From an uncultured delta proteobacterium (GTDB taxonomy: Bacteria; Myxococcota_A; Polyangia; Palsa-1104), in the NCBI GenBank assembly GCA_963785725.1, contig CAWAWS010000016.1:192001-256000 (forward strand): a stretch of DNA of 64,000 bases. Direction: 5' to 3'. A program made the position numbers and the translations under genes. Shown in pieces: positions 27,779 to 42,175 of this stretch. The stretch's first letter is position 1; each line of letters starts with the position of its first letter. Below the pieces are notes generated by a model. It ran no database searches. It worked only from the letters and a program-made list of their open reading frames with translations, and was not told where the DNA came from.

Positions 27779-27820
27779 CGTGTCATTTCAGCGAGTTAAC
27801 CAGCGGTCGCTGCCAATCTG

Positions 27821-29332
27821 TCAGTGGCTGCCGAGCAGATGTGGCAATGCGTCGACGAGGTCGCCGGCCATGAGGCCGGTCTGGCTGCGCGCGGCGGCGG
27901 CGAAGTCGCCGGCCGCGCCGTGCAAGTAGACGGCGGCGCAGGTGGCGGCGAAGGCGTCGGTGCGCGTCTCCGCGCCTTTGCCGCTCGTGCGCGCCAAGGC
28001 GGCGGCGACGACGCCGGTCAAGACGTCGCCGGTGCCGCCCGTTCCGATGCCCGGATTGCCGGTCGGGTTGATGGCGAGGCGGCCGTCGGGCGACGCGATG
28101 ACGGTGCGCTCGCCCTTCAAGACGCAGATGGCGCCGTAGTGCTCGGCGATGGCGCGCGCCGAGCCGATGCGATCGGCCTGCACGGCTTCGGTGTCGCGTC
28201 CGAGGAGCCGCGAGGCTTCGCCGGGATGCGGCGTCAGCACCGTCGGCGCCGCGCGCTTCGGCAAGAGCGACGGCTGCGCGGCCAAGAGCGTCAGCGCGTC
28301 GGCGTCGACGACGAGCTGCAGCTCCGACGCGCCCAGCTCACGCAAGCGCGCCTTGGCGAGGTCGTCGCGACCGATGCCGGGGCCGATGGCGAGCGCGCGT
28401 TTGCCCTCGATCAGCGCCGCGAGCTCGCCCTTGTCTGCCGCTCAAGCGCTCGATCATGAGCTCGGGAATGCGGCCCTCGACGATGTCGGCGGCGTCGCTC
28501 GACATGGCGACGGTGCACAGGCCGGCGCCGCTGCGTAAGACGGCGCTGCCGCACAGGAGCGCCGCGCCCGTCTTGCCGCGTGAGCCGGCGACGACGAGGA
28601 CGTGGCCGTGCGTGCCTTTGTGGCCGCCGGCTTCGCGGACGCGCAGCGGATCGAAGATGCGCGGCGTCGAGCAGCTCGGCTTTGACGCCGCGGGCGCGCG
28701 CCAGCCGCTCGGGAATGCCGATGTCGTGCACGTGCAGCTTGCCGACGAGCGGCAGCGCGCCGGCGCCGACGAGGCCGAGCTTGGCGAACGCGAACGTGAT
28801 CGTGTGATCGGCGCGCACCGACGGGCCGATGATGCCGCGATCGGCGTCGACGCCCGACGGCACGTCGACGGCGAACACCGGGCCGCGATGGGCGCGCATG
28901 CGGGCGATGGCGTCGCGCGCGCCGCCGGCCTCGACCGGTCGCGACAGGCCGGTGCCGAAGAGCGCGTCGACGACGATGTCGTTGCGATGGAGCAGCGCGG
29001 CCGGCGCGTCGGCGATCTTCACGCCCGAGCGCTCGGCGGCGTCGAAGCAGGTGCGCGCATCGCCCGCGATCTTGCCGCGCTCACCGACGAGCGCGATGGT
29101 CACTTCGGCGCCGCGCGCGTGCAGATGGCGAGCGACGACGAAGCCATCGCCGCCGTTGTTGCCGGTGCCGCAGAAGGCGACGACGCGCGCCTTGGCTAAT
29201 GTCGCTGTGCGCGCAGATGACGTCGACGACGCCGCGGCCGGCCGATTCCATCAAGACCACGCCGGGAACGCCTAGAACGTCGATGGTTTCGCGATCGAGC
29301 GCGCGCATTTCGGCAGCGGTGACGAGCAACAT
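27821..29332 (-). CDS. nnr: Bifunctional NAD(P)H-hydrate epimerase/dehydratase (YjeF); several indels
   Basis: [61 protein letters not shown] spread over several frames. Confidence 0.88.
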
Positions 29333-29336
29333 GCGG

Positions 29337-29708
29337 TCAGCTTTCCGCGACGACGAAGGCCATGGCCGAGTCGTCCGCGTGGGTGATCGACAGGTGCAGC
29401 TTACGAATTCCCGCGCGCGTCGCCGCCGCCGCGGCGTTGCCGCTCAGGCGAAACGACGGCGCCCCACCCGCTTCGTTGACGACCTCGAGCTCGTGCCAGC
29501 GCAAGCCTTCGGGCACGCCCAGCGCCTTCAAGAGCGCCTCTTTGGCGGCGAAACGGGCGGCGAAGTGCTGCCCCGAGTTGGCGCGCGCGCGGCAATAGGC
29601 CCGCTCGGCGTCGGTAAACAGCCGCGCCTCCAGCCGCTCGGGATGCGCGTCGAACGCCCGCTGCATGCGACTGATGGGCGTCAGATCGACTCCCACGCCG
29701 ACGATCAC
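29337..29708 (-). CDS. acpS: Holo-[acyl-carrier-protein] synthase
   Basis: [29 protein letters not shown]. Confidence 0.95.
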   Translation of the reverse strand: MIVGVGVDLTPISRMQRAFDAHPERLEARLFTDAERAYCRARANSGQHFAARFAAKEALLKALGVPEGLRWHELEVVNEAGGAPSFRLSGNAAAAATRAGIRKLHLSITHADDSAMAFVVAES

Positions 29709-30461
29709 GCGCGCACGGCTCCGCGGCCGCGATCGATGGCGGCGCGCATTTCGCGGACGGCGCGCTCCATGCCGACGAGCACGGCGCGCGCGACGATGGC
29801 GTGACCGATGTTGAGCTCCTCGATCTCGGCGATGGCCGCGACGGCGCCGACGTTCAGATAATCGAGCCCATGGCCGGCGGCGACGTGCAGGCCGAGCTCG
29901 GCGCCGCGCGTGGCCGCGCGATGAATGCGCGCCAGCTCGGCGTCGCCGGGCGCGTGGTCGATCGGACGCACGCGCTCGCAGTAATCACCGGTGTGCAGCT
30001 CGACGCGCGGCGCCCCGAGCTGCTTCGACGCCTGCACCGCCTCCTCCGACGGATCGATGAAGAGGCTGACTTGGATGCCGTCCGCCATGAGCCGCTCGAT
30101 GGCGCGGCCGACGGCGCTGTCGCCTTGGCCGCGGGCGCCGAGGACATCGAGCCCGCCTTCGGTCGTCCGCTCTTGGCGCTTTTCGGGCACCAGCGACACG
30201 ATGTCGGGCTTCACCTCGCGGGCGATCGCCACCATCTCGTCGGTCGCCGCCATCTCCAGGTTCAATGCGCCGCGCACCGTCTGCCGCAAGAGCCGGACGT
30301 CGCGATCTTGAATATGGCGACGATCTTCGCGCAGATGCACGGTGATGCCGTCGGCGCCGGCGAGCTCGACGAGCGGCGCGGCCCACAGCGGATCGGGATA
30401 GCGTCGTGCCGCGCGCCTGCCTGAGCGTCGCCACGTGGTCGATGTTGACGTGCAGCTTCAT
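29705..30461 (-). CDS. pdxJ: Pyridoxine 5'-phosphate synthase; indel near 30380-30400
   Basis: [57 protein letters not shown]. Confidence 0.93.
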
Positions 30462-31012
30462 CAGTAGGTCCATACTCCGCAAGTGGTCGCCGGCGCGCAC
30501 TGACCGGCGACGAAGCCGTCGTAGCAGCAGTCGGTGGCGACGCATTCGTGGTTCGTGCCGCTGGCGCAGCTGTCGCTGCAGGTGCAGAAGCCGGGCGGCG
30601 GCGGCGTGGGCGCGGTCGAGCCGGCGCAGCTGCCGTTGACACAGCTGACGCCGTCGGGACAGGTGACGCCGCAGCCGCCGCAGTTGCGAATGTCGCTGCC
30701 GAGGCTGATGCAGCCGTTGCTGCCGCAGCAGGTCTGGCCGGTGCCGCAGATGTCGCCGAAGGGCGGGCAGCCGCACTTGCCGCCGATGCAGATGTCCCCG
30801 TCGGGACAGACGGTGCCGCAGGCGCCGCAATTGCGCGGGTCGCGGCCGATGTCGATGCAGGCCGTGCCGCAGCACGTAAGGCCACAGGCTTGGCCGTTGA
30901 GCATGCAGGTGCCGCCGTCGCCGGAGGATTTGTCGCCGCTGCGGCTGCTGAGACCGCAGCCGGCGACCGTTAGCGACAGGAGAACGCCGAGAACGACAGA
31001 GATGCGCGCCAC
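30461..31012 (-). CDS. Cys-rich lipoprotein with Stig1/myxobacterial Cys-repeat units
   Basis: Lipobox VAGC; two C-x-D/S-x3-D-x-RNCGxCGxxC units; more than 25 Cys in ~183 aa. Confidence 0.8.
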   Translation of the reverse strand: MARISVVLGVLLSLTVAGCGLSSRSGDKSSGDGGTCMLNGQACGLTCCGTACIDIGRDPRNCGACGTVCPDGDICIGGKCGCPPFGDICGTGQTCCGSNGCISLGSDIRNCGGCGVTCPDGVSCVNGSCAGSTAPTPPPPGFCTCSDSCASGTNHECVATDCCYDGFVAGQCAPATTCGVWTY

Positions 31013-31043
31013 GCGGCGACGGTAACGCCACGCGCGGCTGGGA

Positions 31044-32444
31044 TCAAGCCGCGCCGCAGGCCTGCTCGAGCGCGTGCGCGATCTCGTCGGCGTAGCCGCG
31101 AATGACGCACCTCGTCCGGCCCTTCGACCATGACGCGCGCCTTGTGCTCGGTGCCCGAGTAGCGCACGAGCACGCGCCCATCGGTGCCGAGCGTCTGCTC
31201 GACGCGGGCGATGAGCGCGTTGACCGTCGCCAATTCGCCGAGCGGCCGCTTCTCCTTGACCTTGAAGTTCACCAGCACCTGCGGATAGCGCGTCATCACG
31301 CGGCGCAGCTCCGACAGCGGCTTGCCGCTCTCCAACATCACCGCCAGCACCTGCAGCGCGCCGAGGACGCCGTCGCCCGTCGTCATGTGATCGAGGAAGA
31401 CCAAGTGGCCCGACTGCTCGCCGCCGAAGTTGTAGCCGTTGGCGCGCATCTCCTCGACGACGTAGCGATCGCCGACCTGCACGCGCGCCAGTTTGCCGCC
31501 CATCTTCGTCGATCGAGCGCTCGAGACCGAGGTTCGACATCACCGTCGCCACCAGCGTCTTGTGCTTGAGCTCGTCGCGCTCGATCATGCGGCGCGCGCA
31601 CATGGCCATGATGGTGTCGCCGTCGACCTCGTCGCCGTGCTCGTCGCAGATGATGACGCGGTCGGCGTCACCGTCGAGGGCGATGCCGAGCTGCGCGCCG
31701 CGACTTGACGACCGCTTGCTGCAGCTTCTGCGGATGGAGCGCGCCGCAGTCGTCGTTGATGTTGGTGCCGTCGGGGCGAATGCCGAGCGCGATGACGTCG
31801 GCGCCGAGCTCGCTGAAGACGGCGGGCGCGACTTTGTAGGCGGCGCCGTTGGCGCAATCGACGACGATGCTTCAGGCCCTCGAGCGTCAAATGGCGCGGA
31901 AACACGCTCTTCAAGAACACGACGTAGCGGCCGCGCGAGTCTTCGATCTTCGTCGCCTTGCCGATGTCGGCGCCGTGCGGGCGGTTGCGATCGAGCTCGT
32001 CCGGAGGCCATCAAGTCCTCGAGGTGCGCCTCGAGCTCGTCGGGCAGTTTGAACCCGTCGGCGGCGAAGATCTTGATGCCGTTGTCCTCGATACGGGTTG
32101 TGTGAGGCCGAGATGACGACGCCGGCGTCGGCGCGCATCGACGACGTGATGAAGGCGATGCCGGGCGTCGGCAAGCGGGCCGCAGAGCATGACGTCGGCG
32201 CCCATCGAGCAGATGCCGGAGGCCAAGCGCGGTCTCGAACAGATAGCCCGATAGGCGCGTGTCCTTGCCGATGACGATGCGACCGCGACCGCTCTTGTGC
32301 TTCGAGCGAAAGTGGTAGGCGACGGCGCGTCCGAGCCGCAGCGCCATCTCGGGCGTCATCGGATCGTACGTTGGCGACGCCACGAACGCCGTCGGTGCCG
32401 AAGAGTTGGCGTTTGGCGGGCGGGGCTTTATCGGCAGCGGACAT
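31044..32444 (-). CDS. glmM: Phosphoglucosamine mutase; multiple indels
   Basis: [62 protein letters not shown] across frames. Confidence 0.93.
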
Positions 32445-32461
32445 GGGCTCCTCGGGCGTGG

Positions 32462-33392
32462 TCAGTCGTGCTTGCGACGGGTTATAAGCATGGTCGTGTC
32501 CGGCTGCACCTCGGCCGCGACGCCCGCCGGCAATCCGGTGACGGTGATATTGCGAACGTAGCGCGCCGGCGGCCGCGTATCGACGAGCGCCGCGTCGACC
32601 TGCAGCCCCGGCTCGCCCAAGCCCTTGAGCAGCACCGACGGACCGCGCAGGATGAGCCGGCCGGCCGCCGGATCGACGGTCCCCTCCAGCCGCGTCAGGC
32701 CGGTCACCGTGATCGGCACGGCGTCGAAGCTGCGCTCGACCATCGCCGGCATGATCTCGGCCGTCACGGTCACCGCCGTCGCGTCGACGAAGCGCGTATG
32801 CAAGGGCGGCGGCTCGAGCGCGGCGCTGCCTTCGACCGGCCCGTGCGCATCGGCCACGCGCAAGGGCCGCGTGGGCGCGCGCAGCATGGCGTCGACCGCG
32901 CTCTTGGCGCCGTCGATGCGCACGTGCGCCGGCGCGGCCGTCACTTTGGCGACGCGATAGCCCTCGCCCGGCTCGCCTTCGAGGATCGGCTGCACCGGGA
33001 TCTCGCGCGTCGCCCGCGGCTCGGTCGCGACATGCACCTCCGACGGCACGATCGACGCCACGCGCACGCCCGCCGGCACTTTGATCATGTCCTCGTCGAG
33101 GCGCACGTCGGGCGTCTGTACGCGGGTCAGGTCGATATGGATCGGCTCGAGCGCGCGATCGAGCCGCTGCAGCTTGCTCCACGGCCCGCGCACGCCCACT
33201 TTGACCTCGAGCGGCGGATCGGACACGAGCACGCGATCTTCGGGCAGCGTGTACACGACCTTGACGTAGGCGCCCGACGACGGCGTCCTTGTCGTTGCGC
33301 ACGAGCATGAACAGCGTCAACGCCAGCACCATCGACAGCACCTTGATCGGCAGCTCGTCGACGAATACGCGAACGAAAAAGGGGCGCGCCAT
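32462..33392 (-). CDS. cdaR: CdaR/YbbR-like regulator; indel near 33275
   Basis: N-terminal [17 protein letters not shown]; YbbR-like V-x-V-x-G-P repeats and G-x-P-x-EGY; lies between cdaA and glmM. Confidence 0.8.
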
Positions 33393-33395
33393 CGG

Positions 33396-34448
33396 CTAGG
33401 ACTCGGCCGTCTTGGCCGCCTCGCGCGCGGCGGCGCGACCCTCGTCGCGATTCTCGTCGTGGGCGCCGGCGCCGGCGTCACGCGCGTCGGCGGCGTCGGC
33501 GGCGCCGCTGGCTCGCTCGCGCGTCGGCGCGGCGGCGTCGGCATCGGCTTCGACGCGCGCGGTGGCGAGCGGATCGGCCTCTTCCGGCGGCTGCGGACGC
33601 TCGAACGGCAGCGCCTCGAGCGCCGTCGGCACTTCGCGCTCCTTCGGCTTCGGCGTCGCTTTGCGCTTCTGCTTCTGGAAGAGGCCGAGCAGCGCCTTAC
33701 GCAGCGTCGGCGAGTCGAGATCGCGGGCGATGTTGCCGCCGAAGCACAGCGAAATCGAGCCGCGCTCCTCGGACACCACGACGACCACCGCGTCCGTCTC
33801 CTCGGTCACGCCGATGGCCGCGCGATGACGCGTGCCGAGCGCCTTGTCGAGCCGCGCGTTGGCCGACAGCGGCAACACCGCGCCCGCCTGCGCGATGCGC
33901 AGGTTCTTGATGATGACCGCGCCGTCGTGCAGCTTGTTCTCGGAGTCGGGCAGGAACAGCGAAACCAGCAGCTCCTCGGACACCTTGGCGTCCATCTCGA
34001 CGCCCGACTCGTTCAGGTAGTCGACCAGATCGGCGTCGCGCTCGAGCACGATGAGCGCGCCGACGCGCGAGGTCGCCAGCCGCTCCGTCGCCTTGATGAC
34101 CTCTTCGAACACCGAGGTCTGCTCGTACGGTCGCGCATAGATGAACAGGTTCTGGCCGACGCGCATGAGCCCGCGGCGAATGTCATGCTGGAAGATGACG
34201 ATGAAGAAGATGATCGAATAATTGATCAGGTTATCGAGCAGCCAAGACAGCGTCGTCAGCTCGAGCAGCTTGGCCGCGAAGAAGCCGGCACCGACGAGCA
34301 CGATGCCGATCAGCATCTGCGCCGCGCGCGTGCCTTTGATGAGCAAGAGCGTGCGATAGATGACGTAGTAGACGATGAGGATGTCGAAGGCTGCCGTCAG
34401 CCACTCGCGCACCGTCAGGCTATGCAAGAGCGACTTCAGCGCGTGCAC
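33396..34448 (-). CDS. cdaA: Diadenylate cyclase CdaA
   Basis: Three N-terminal TMs, IFQHDIRRGL, GALIVLER, LHDGAVII, LGTRHRAAIG, VVSEERG. Confidence 0.95.
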   Translation of the reverse strand: MHALKSLLHSLTVREWLTAAFDILIVYYVIYRTLLLIKGTRAAQMLIGIVLVGAGFFAAKLLELTTLSWLLDNLINYSIIFFIVIFQHDIRRGLMRVGQNLFIYARPYEQTSVFEEVIKATERLATSRVGALIVLERDADLVDYLNESGVEMDAKVSEELLVSLFLPDSENKLHDGAVIIKNLRIAQAGAVLPLSANARLDKALGTRHRAAIGVTEETDAVVVVVSEERGSISLCFGGNIARDLDSPTLRKALLGLFQKQKRKATPKPKEREVPTALEALPFERPQPPEEADPLATARVEADADAAAPTRERASGAADAADARDAGAGAHDENRDEGRAAAREAAKTAES

Positions 34449-35287
34449 GACGCCCTCTTGATCGCGTCGGCGACGATGACGGCGTCGCGTTGGCGGGCGA
34501 CGTCGTGGACGCGGACGACGTTGGCGCCATGCAAGACGGCGGCGGTGTCGGCGGCGGCGGTCGCGAATTCGCGCTCGCCGACGTCGCGGCCGGTGAGCCG
34601 GCCGAGGAACGACTTGCGCGACGCGCCGACGACGATGGGACAGCCGAGCGCGCGCAGCTCGCCGAGACGCGCCAGCAGCGTGACGTTGTGCGCCGCGTGT
34701 TTGGCGAAGCCGAGGCCGGGATCGACGAGGAGCCGCTCGCGCGCGATGCCGGCGGCGACGGCGATGTCGATACGATGGGTGAGCTCGGCCAGCACGTCGC
34801 GCGTTACGTCGCCGTAGTCGGCGCGATCGTTCATGTCGGCGGGCGTGCCGCGCAGGTGACCGATGACGAAGGCGGCGCCCGTCTGCGCGACGACGCGCAA
34901 GATGTCGGCGTCGAGCGCGCCGCCGGCGACGTCGTTGACGATCTCGGCGCCGGCCGCGATCGCCGCCGCCGCGACGGTGGACTTGCTGGTGTCGATGGAG
35001 ACGACGCCGCGCTCGGCCAGCGCGCGCACCACCGGCGCGACGCGCGCCACCTCGGCGTCAGCCGCCACCGCCGCCGCGCCCGGCCGCGTCGACTCGCCGC
35101 CGACGTCGACGATGTCGGCGCCGTCGGCGAACAGCGCAAAGCCGTGGCGAATGGCCGCGTCGGCATCGCCGGCGAAGGCGCCACCGTCGGAGAACGAATC
35201 GGGCGTCACGTTGACCACGCCCATTAGATACGTCCGTCCCCAGTCGAACGTCGCCCGCCGAAATTCAAGCGGACGCAACTCGACCAT
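34436..35287 (-). CDS. folP: Dihydropteroate synthase
   Basis: MGVVNVTPDSFSDGG, DVGGESTRPG, SIDTSK, DPGLGFAK, GASRKSF, RVHDV. Confidence 0.97.
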   Translation of the reverse strand: MVELRPLEFRRATFDWGRTYLMGVVNVTPDSFSDGGAFAGDADAAIRHGFALFADGADIVDVGGESTRPGAAAVAADAEVARVAPVVRALAERGVVSIDTSKSTVAAAAIAAGAEIVNDVAGGALDADILRVVAQTGAAFVIGHLRGTPADMNDRADYGDVTRDVLAELTHRIDIAVAAGIARERLLVDPGLGFAKHAAHNVTLLARLGELRALGCPIVVGASRKSFLGRLTGRDVGEREFATAAADTAAVLHGANVVRVHDVARQRDAVIVADAIKRASCTR

Positions 35288-35358
35288 GGGATGACCTCCG
35301 AATTTAAGCGGTAAGAAAACCTTCTTTACTGTAGGTCGCGAAATAACCGGAGGGAAAC

Positions 35359-35384
35359 AAAAAACGTGAAGGTTTACGCCTTCG
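35359..35384 (-). terminator. Possible intrinsic terminator after ftsH
   Basis: Minus strand GAAGG-CGTAAA-CCTTC followed by ACGTTTTTT; the stem is short. Confidence 0.4.
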
Positions 35385-37320
<1,936 letters not shown>

Positions 37321-37362
37321 AGTGACCTCTCTTCTTCTCACAGGGGCAAAGGCGAGCATTCA

Positions 37363-38649
37363 TTATTGCACAGCACCTTTGCCAGTCAATCGAAGGCCTT
37401 GCACCCACATCACGTCGCTGCCGCGCGCCAACACCGGCGTGCGGGCGCGCTCGGGCCGAGGGACCTTGGCGTCGACCAACACATCTTGCAGCTTGCGCCT
37501 ACGCATGCGATCGCCGGGACGCACGTGCCGCAACGTCAGCGGCGCCGAGCCCAGCGCTTCATACAGACCGCTACTGACTTCGATAGGCATTTCCTCCAGA
37601 AGGTAAAGCCCGGCAGCGCCAACCGCCACCTCCAGTGTAACGTTGGACGCCGATTTTTCGGACTGCGCGCCGAATTGCAGCCGGTCGTAGCGGCGCTCGG
37701 CGGTGCGCGCGCCGGGCAGATCGAGCGAACGCGTGCCGCGACGGTCCGCGCACAGCCGTGCCAGCGCCGCCACGTGCACGGCGCCGAGCGGAACGGTCGC
37801 GGCGCGCCCGACGACACGGGCAAACAGCGCCTCCGGCAGCGCCGCCAGCGCCGCCGCGTCGAGGCTGCCGTCGGCGGCGCATAGGTGTTCATAGGCGTCG
37901 GCGGCGATGGTGTCTAGCGCGTCGGCCTCGGCGCGCAGGCGGTCGCAGGTCTCGGCCAGCGCGCGATCGACGTCGGGCCGCTCGCGCCGCAAGAGCGGCA
38001 GCACCTCGTGACGCATGCGGCTCCGGCGATAGTGCAGGTCCTCGTTCGTCGGATCGCGCACGACGTGCAAATTACGCGCGCGCACATAGTGCTCGACCTC
38101 GTCGCGCGCCACCGACAAGAGCGGCCGCGCCAGCACCAGATCGCCGGTCGCGTCGACGTAGCGCTCGCGCGCCATCGCGCCCAAGCCGCGCACGCCCGCG
38201 CCACGCACCAGCCTGTCGAGCAGCGTCTCCGCCTGATCCGTCGCCGTGTGCGCCACCGCGATGCCCCCCGCACCCACGCGCCTGGCCTCCGCCGTCAGCG
38301 CGTCATAACGAGCGCGGCGGGCAGCGGCCATCGAACGTTTGGGAAGATGCACACGCAAAACGGTCGCCGCAATGCCTCGCCGCAACACTGCTGACACCAC
38401 GGTGGCAGCTTCATCGGCGGATGCTGCCCGCAGACCATGATCGACCGACGCCACCTGCAATTCGAGCCCGTTCGTTGCTGCCAAGGCTTCCAGCGCGTCG
38501 AGGAGCGCCGTCGAATCGGGGCCGCCCGAACAGGCGACGAGCCAGCGCCGCCCGGCCTTTTGCGCCAGCGGACGGGAGAGCGCGAGCGCGACCTCGCGCC
38601 GCAGCCCGGCGATGGGATCGTGGCGATCCCTGCGCTCCTTCGGGGCCAT
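37363..38649 (-). CDS. tilS: tRNA(Ile)-lysidine synthetase
   Basis: ACSGGPDS, VDHGLR, ARRARY, AHTATDQAET, RPLL, DPTN; directly upstream of ftsH. Confidence 0.93.
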   Translation of the reverse strand: MAPKERRDRHDPIAGLRREVALALSRPLAQKAGRRWLVACSGGPDSTALLDALEALAATNGLELQVASVDHGLRAASADEAATVVSAVLRRGIAATVLRVHLPKRSMAAARRARYDALTAEARRVGAGGIAVAHTATDQAETLLDRLVRGAGVRGLGAMARERYVDATGDLVLARPLLSVARDEVEHYVRARNLHVVRDPTNEDLHYRRSRMRHEVLPLLRRERPDVDRALAETCDRLRAEADALDTIAADAYEHLCAADGSLDAAALAALPEALFARVVGRAATVPLGAVHVAALARLCADRRGTRSLDLPGARTAERRYDRLQFGAQSEKSASNVTLEVAVGAAGLYLLEEMPIEVSSGLYEALGSAPLTLRHVRPGDRMRRRKLQDVLVDAKVPRPERARTPVLARGSDVMWVQGLRLTGKGAVQ

Positions 38650-39774
38650 CTACGCGACGATACGCCGGGTCCGGCGCGCATACCACGCGGCGCACGCCGT
38701 CGCGGCCAGCGCCGCCACTGCCGCGCAGCGATAAAGCAGGCAGCCGCCGCCGGCGTCGAGCAGCGCGCCGGTGACGTTCATGCCGACGAGCGCGCCCAAG
38801 CCGAGCGCGGCGGCCAGGAGGCCTTGGGCGGCGGTCGGCGCGTGATGCCCGCGCTCGCGCACCAGCGTCACGGCGGCGACCCAAAAGAGGCCGAACGTGA
38901 CGCCGTGGAGCGGCTGCAGACACAAGATCGCCGTCGCCGACGTGACATACGAGAGGAGGAGCCAGCGCACGACCGCCGTCGCGAACGCCAGCGTCAACAG
39001 CTGCGCTGCGCCGATGCGCGCGATGATGCGCGACGACAATGCCATGAGCGCGATCTCGGCGGCGACGCCGATGGCCCAGGCGACACCGACGAAGCGGCCG
39101 GCAAAGCCGAGCCGCGCCAGGTGCAGCGAGAAGCCGGAGTCGTAAGCGGCCGTGGCCAACTGACCGAAGACGATGGCGGCGAAGAAGATCCACCAGTCGG
39201 CGCTATCGAGGAGCGCGAGCCAGGCGCCGACGACCGGGCGATGGGCGACGGGCGGCGCCGGCATGACCCAGGCGCAGACGGCGCACAGCGCGGTCGCCTG
39301 GGCCGCGGCGGCGACGATCGACGTCGGCCCCACGCGCTCGAGCAGGACGCCGCCGAGCGCAACAGCGACGAGAAAACCGAGCGAGCCCCACAAGCGCAGC
39401 CGACCATAGCTGCCGCCGTGACGCCGCACGTACTCGAGCGCCACCGCGTCGCTGAGCGGAATCAAGGGCGAGCGAAACAGCGCGAAAGCGATCGTCGTCC
39501 CATAGAGCGCGAGACGGGTGTGCGCGAAGAAGAAGCCCAAGAAAGCGACGAACGTCAGGAGCGAGCAGCCGCGCAGGAGCCAGACGCGGGCACGACGCGC
39601 GTCGGCCCACAAGCCGAACAGCGGCGGCGCCAGCAGCGACATGAGCGGCGTCATGGCCAGGATGCGCGTGGCTTCCGTCGCCGTCAGCCCTTGACCGACG
39701 AGCCACAACGAGAAATAGGGCAGAAAAACGCCGAGCGCCGCGAAGAAGCCGAAATAATAGAGCGCCACCAACAT
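38650..39774 (-). CDS. MFS transporter (MFS_1_like / HcaT-like)
   Basis: About 12 TMs; YFGFFAALGVFLPYF, YGRLRLWGSLGF, LQPLHG. Confidence 0.88.
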   Translation of the reverse strand: MLVALYYFGFFAALGVFLPYFSLWLVGQGLTATEATRILAMTPLMSLLAPPLFGLWADARRARVWLLRGCSLLTFVAFLGFFFAHTRLALYGTTIAFALFRSPLIPLSDAVALEYVRRHGGSYGRLRLWGSLGFLVAVALGGVLLERVGPTSIVAAAAQATALCAVCAWVMPAPPVAHRPVVGAWLALLDSADWWIFFAAIVFGQLATAAYDSGFSLHLARLGFAGRFVGVAWAIGVAAEIALMALSSRIIARIGAAQLLTLAFATAVVRWLLLSYVTSATAILCLQPLHGVTFGLFWVAAVTLVRERGHHAPTAAQGLLAAALGLGALVGMNVTGALLDAGGGCLLYRCAAVAALAATACAAWYARRTRRIVA

Positions 39775-39836
39775 CGGAAAGCGGTGCAGACTAGCATGCT
39801 TGACGAGAGACGGCTCCCTACTTAGCGTGCGGCTTC

Positions 39837-41120
39837 ATGGCTGAATCCGACGAAAGCATCATTCCGCTCAGTCGCTGGCGCGCGGCGTTGGCGCGGGCGC
39901 GTCGCGGCCACAAGGCCGACGCCATCTTGAGCGAGCCCGACGCGGCGCAGCTCGTGCCGCGCTTGCCGGTGCAGGATCTCTTCTACGCCATCAAAGAAGT
40001 GGGCCTCGCCGACGCGCAGGAGTTGGTGGCGCTGGCGACGCCGGAGCAGCTGCAAGGCTTCGTCGATCTCGACGTCTGGGATCGCGATCAGATCGACGAA
40101 GTGCGCGTCAACGCCTGGATGGAGACGCTCGCCGACGCCGGCTTCGAGACGCTCGGCAAAGCCGTCGAAGTCATGGACTCGGAAGTGATCGCGCTGTGGA
40201 TTCAGCGGCAAGCGGTCGTCTACGACTTGACGATCGAGCAGCCGCCCGACGAGCCGCAAGGCCACTACTTTCCGACGCCCGATCGCTTCTTCCTGCTCGA
40301 CATCATCGTCGGTGAAGAGGACGGCAAGGCGCTCGAGCGCTGCATCGATTGGATCTATCGCTTCGACATCGAGCTCGGCCGCCGCGTCATCATGAGCGCG
40401 AAATGGGAGCTCGCCTCCGACCTCGAGGAGCACGCCTATCGCTGGCGCGCCGGTCGCATGGCCGACATGGGCTACGTCGACTTCTACGAGGCGCTCTCCA
40501 TCTATAGATACCTCGATCCGACGACGGTGCATGCGGACGAGCACACGATCCAAGCCTCGCCGCCGGCGACTCCGACCGAGCTGCCCGCGGTCTTGGCCGG
40601 CGCGCTCGACGAGGCCGGCTTCTTCGGCAGGGCGCTGGCGACGCTGCCGTCCGACGCCGACGTCGAGCGGCTGCACGCGTCGCTGCTCCTGCTCGTCAAC
40701 AAGGCGATGGCCGCCGACCTCGTGCCGCCCGGCGACACCGACGCGGGCAAGGTCGCGCTCGTACGCGCCGTGGCCTATCTCGGCCTCGGGCTCGAGTTCC
40801 TGTCGCGCGGTGACGTGGCGCGCGCCGGGCTGGCGCTGTCGTCGGTGGCGCTCGAGCGGCTGTTCCGGCTCGGCTTCTCGCTCACGGTGCAGCTCAAGAC
40901 GCTGGCCGACACGCTCGTCACCAAAGGCGGCGTCGATCCGATCGCGCTCGAGACGCCCTGGGACGACGTGTTACGCGCGTTGCGTCAGCGTCGCCCAGAG
41001 TTTCCGCGTAGCCTCGACGACAAGCCAGTCGAAGGAAATCGCCCGTTTCAGACGCTAGCGGACGTGGCCAAGGCAGCGTCGGCCATCGAAAAGATCGCCA
41101 CCATGCGACCTCGGGAATAG
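39837..41120 (+). CDS. Conserved hypothetical protein (DUF6178-like)
   Basis: IKEVGLADA...ATPEQ...DLDVW, EEHAYRWRAGRMADMGY; strong codon bias. Confidence 0.7.
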   Translation: MAESDESIIPLSRWRAALARARRGHKADAILSEPDAAQLVPRLPVQDLFYAIKEVGLADAQELVALATPEQLQGFVDLDVWDRDQIDEVRVNAWMETLADAGFETLGKAVEVMDSEVIALWIQRQAVVYDLTIEQPPDEPQGHYFPTPDRFFLLDIIVGEEDGKALERCIDWIYRFDIELGRRVIMSAKWELASDLEEHAYRWRAGRMADMGYVDFYEALSIYRYLDPTTVHADEHTIQASPPATPTELPAVLAGALDEAGFFGRALATLPSDADVERLHASLLLLVNKAMAADLVPPGDTDAGKVALVRAVAYLGLGLEFLSRGDVARAGLALSSVALERLFRLGFSLTVQLKTLADTLVTKGGVDPIALETPWDDVLRALRQRRPEFPRSLDDKPVEGNRPFQTLADVAKAASAIEKIATMRPRE

Positions 41121-41183
41121 CTTGCGAAGGCCGTCTGTTCGGCGCTACAAAAATCGGCGCCAAAGGTAGGGAGTATTCCGTTC

Positions 41184-42173
<990 letters not shown>

Positions 42174-42175
42174 CG

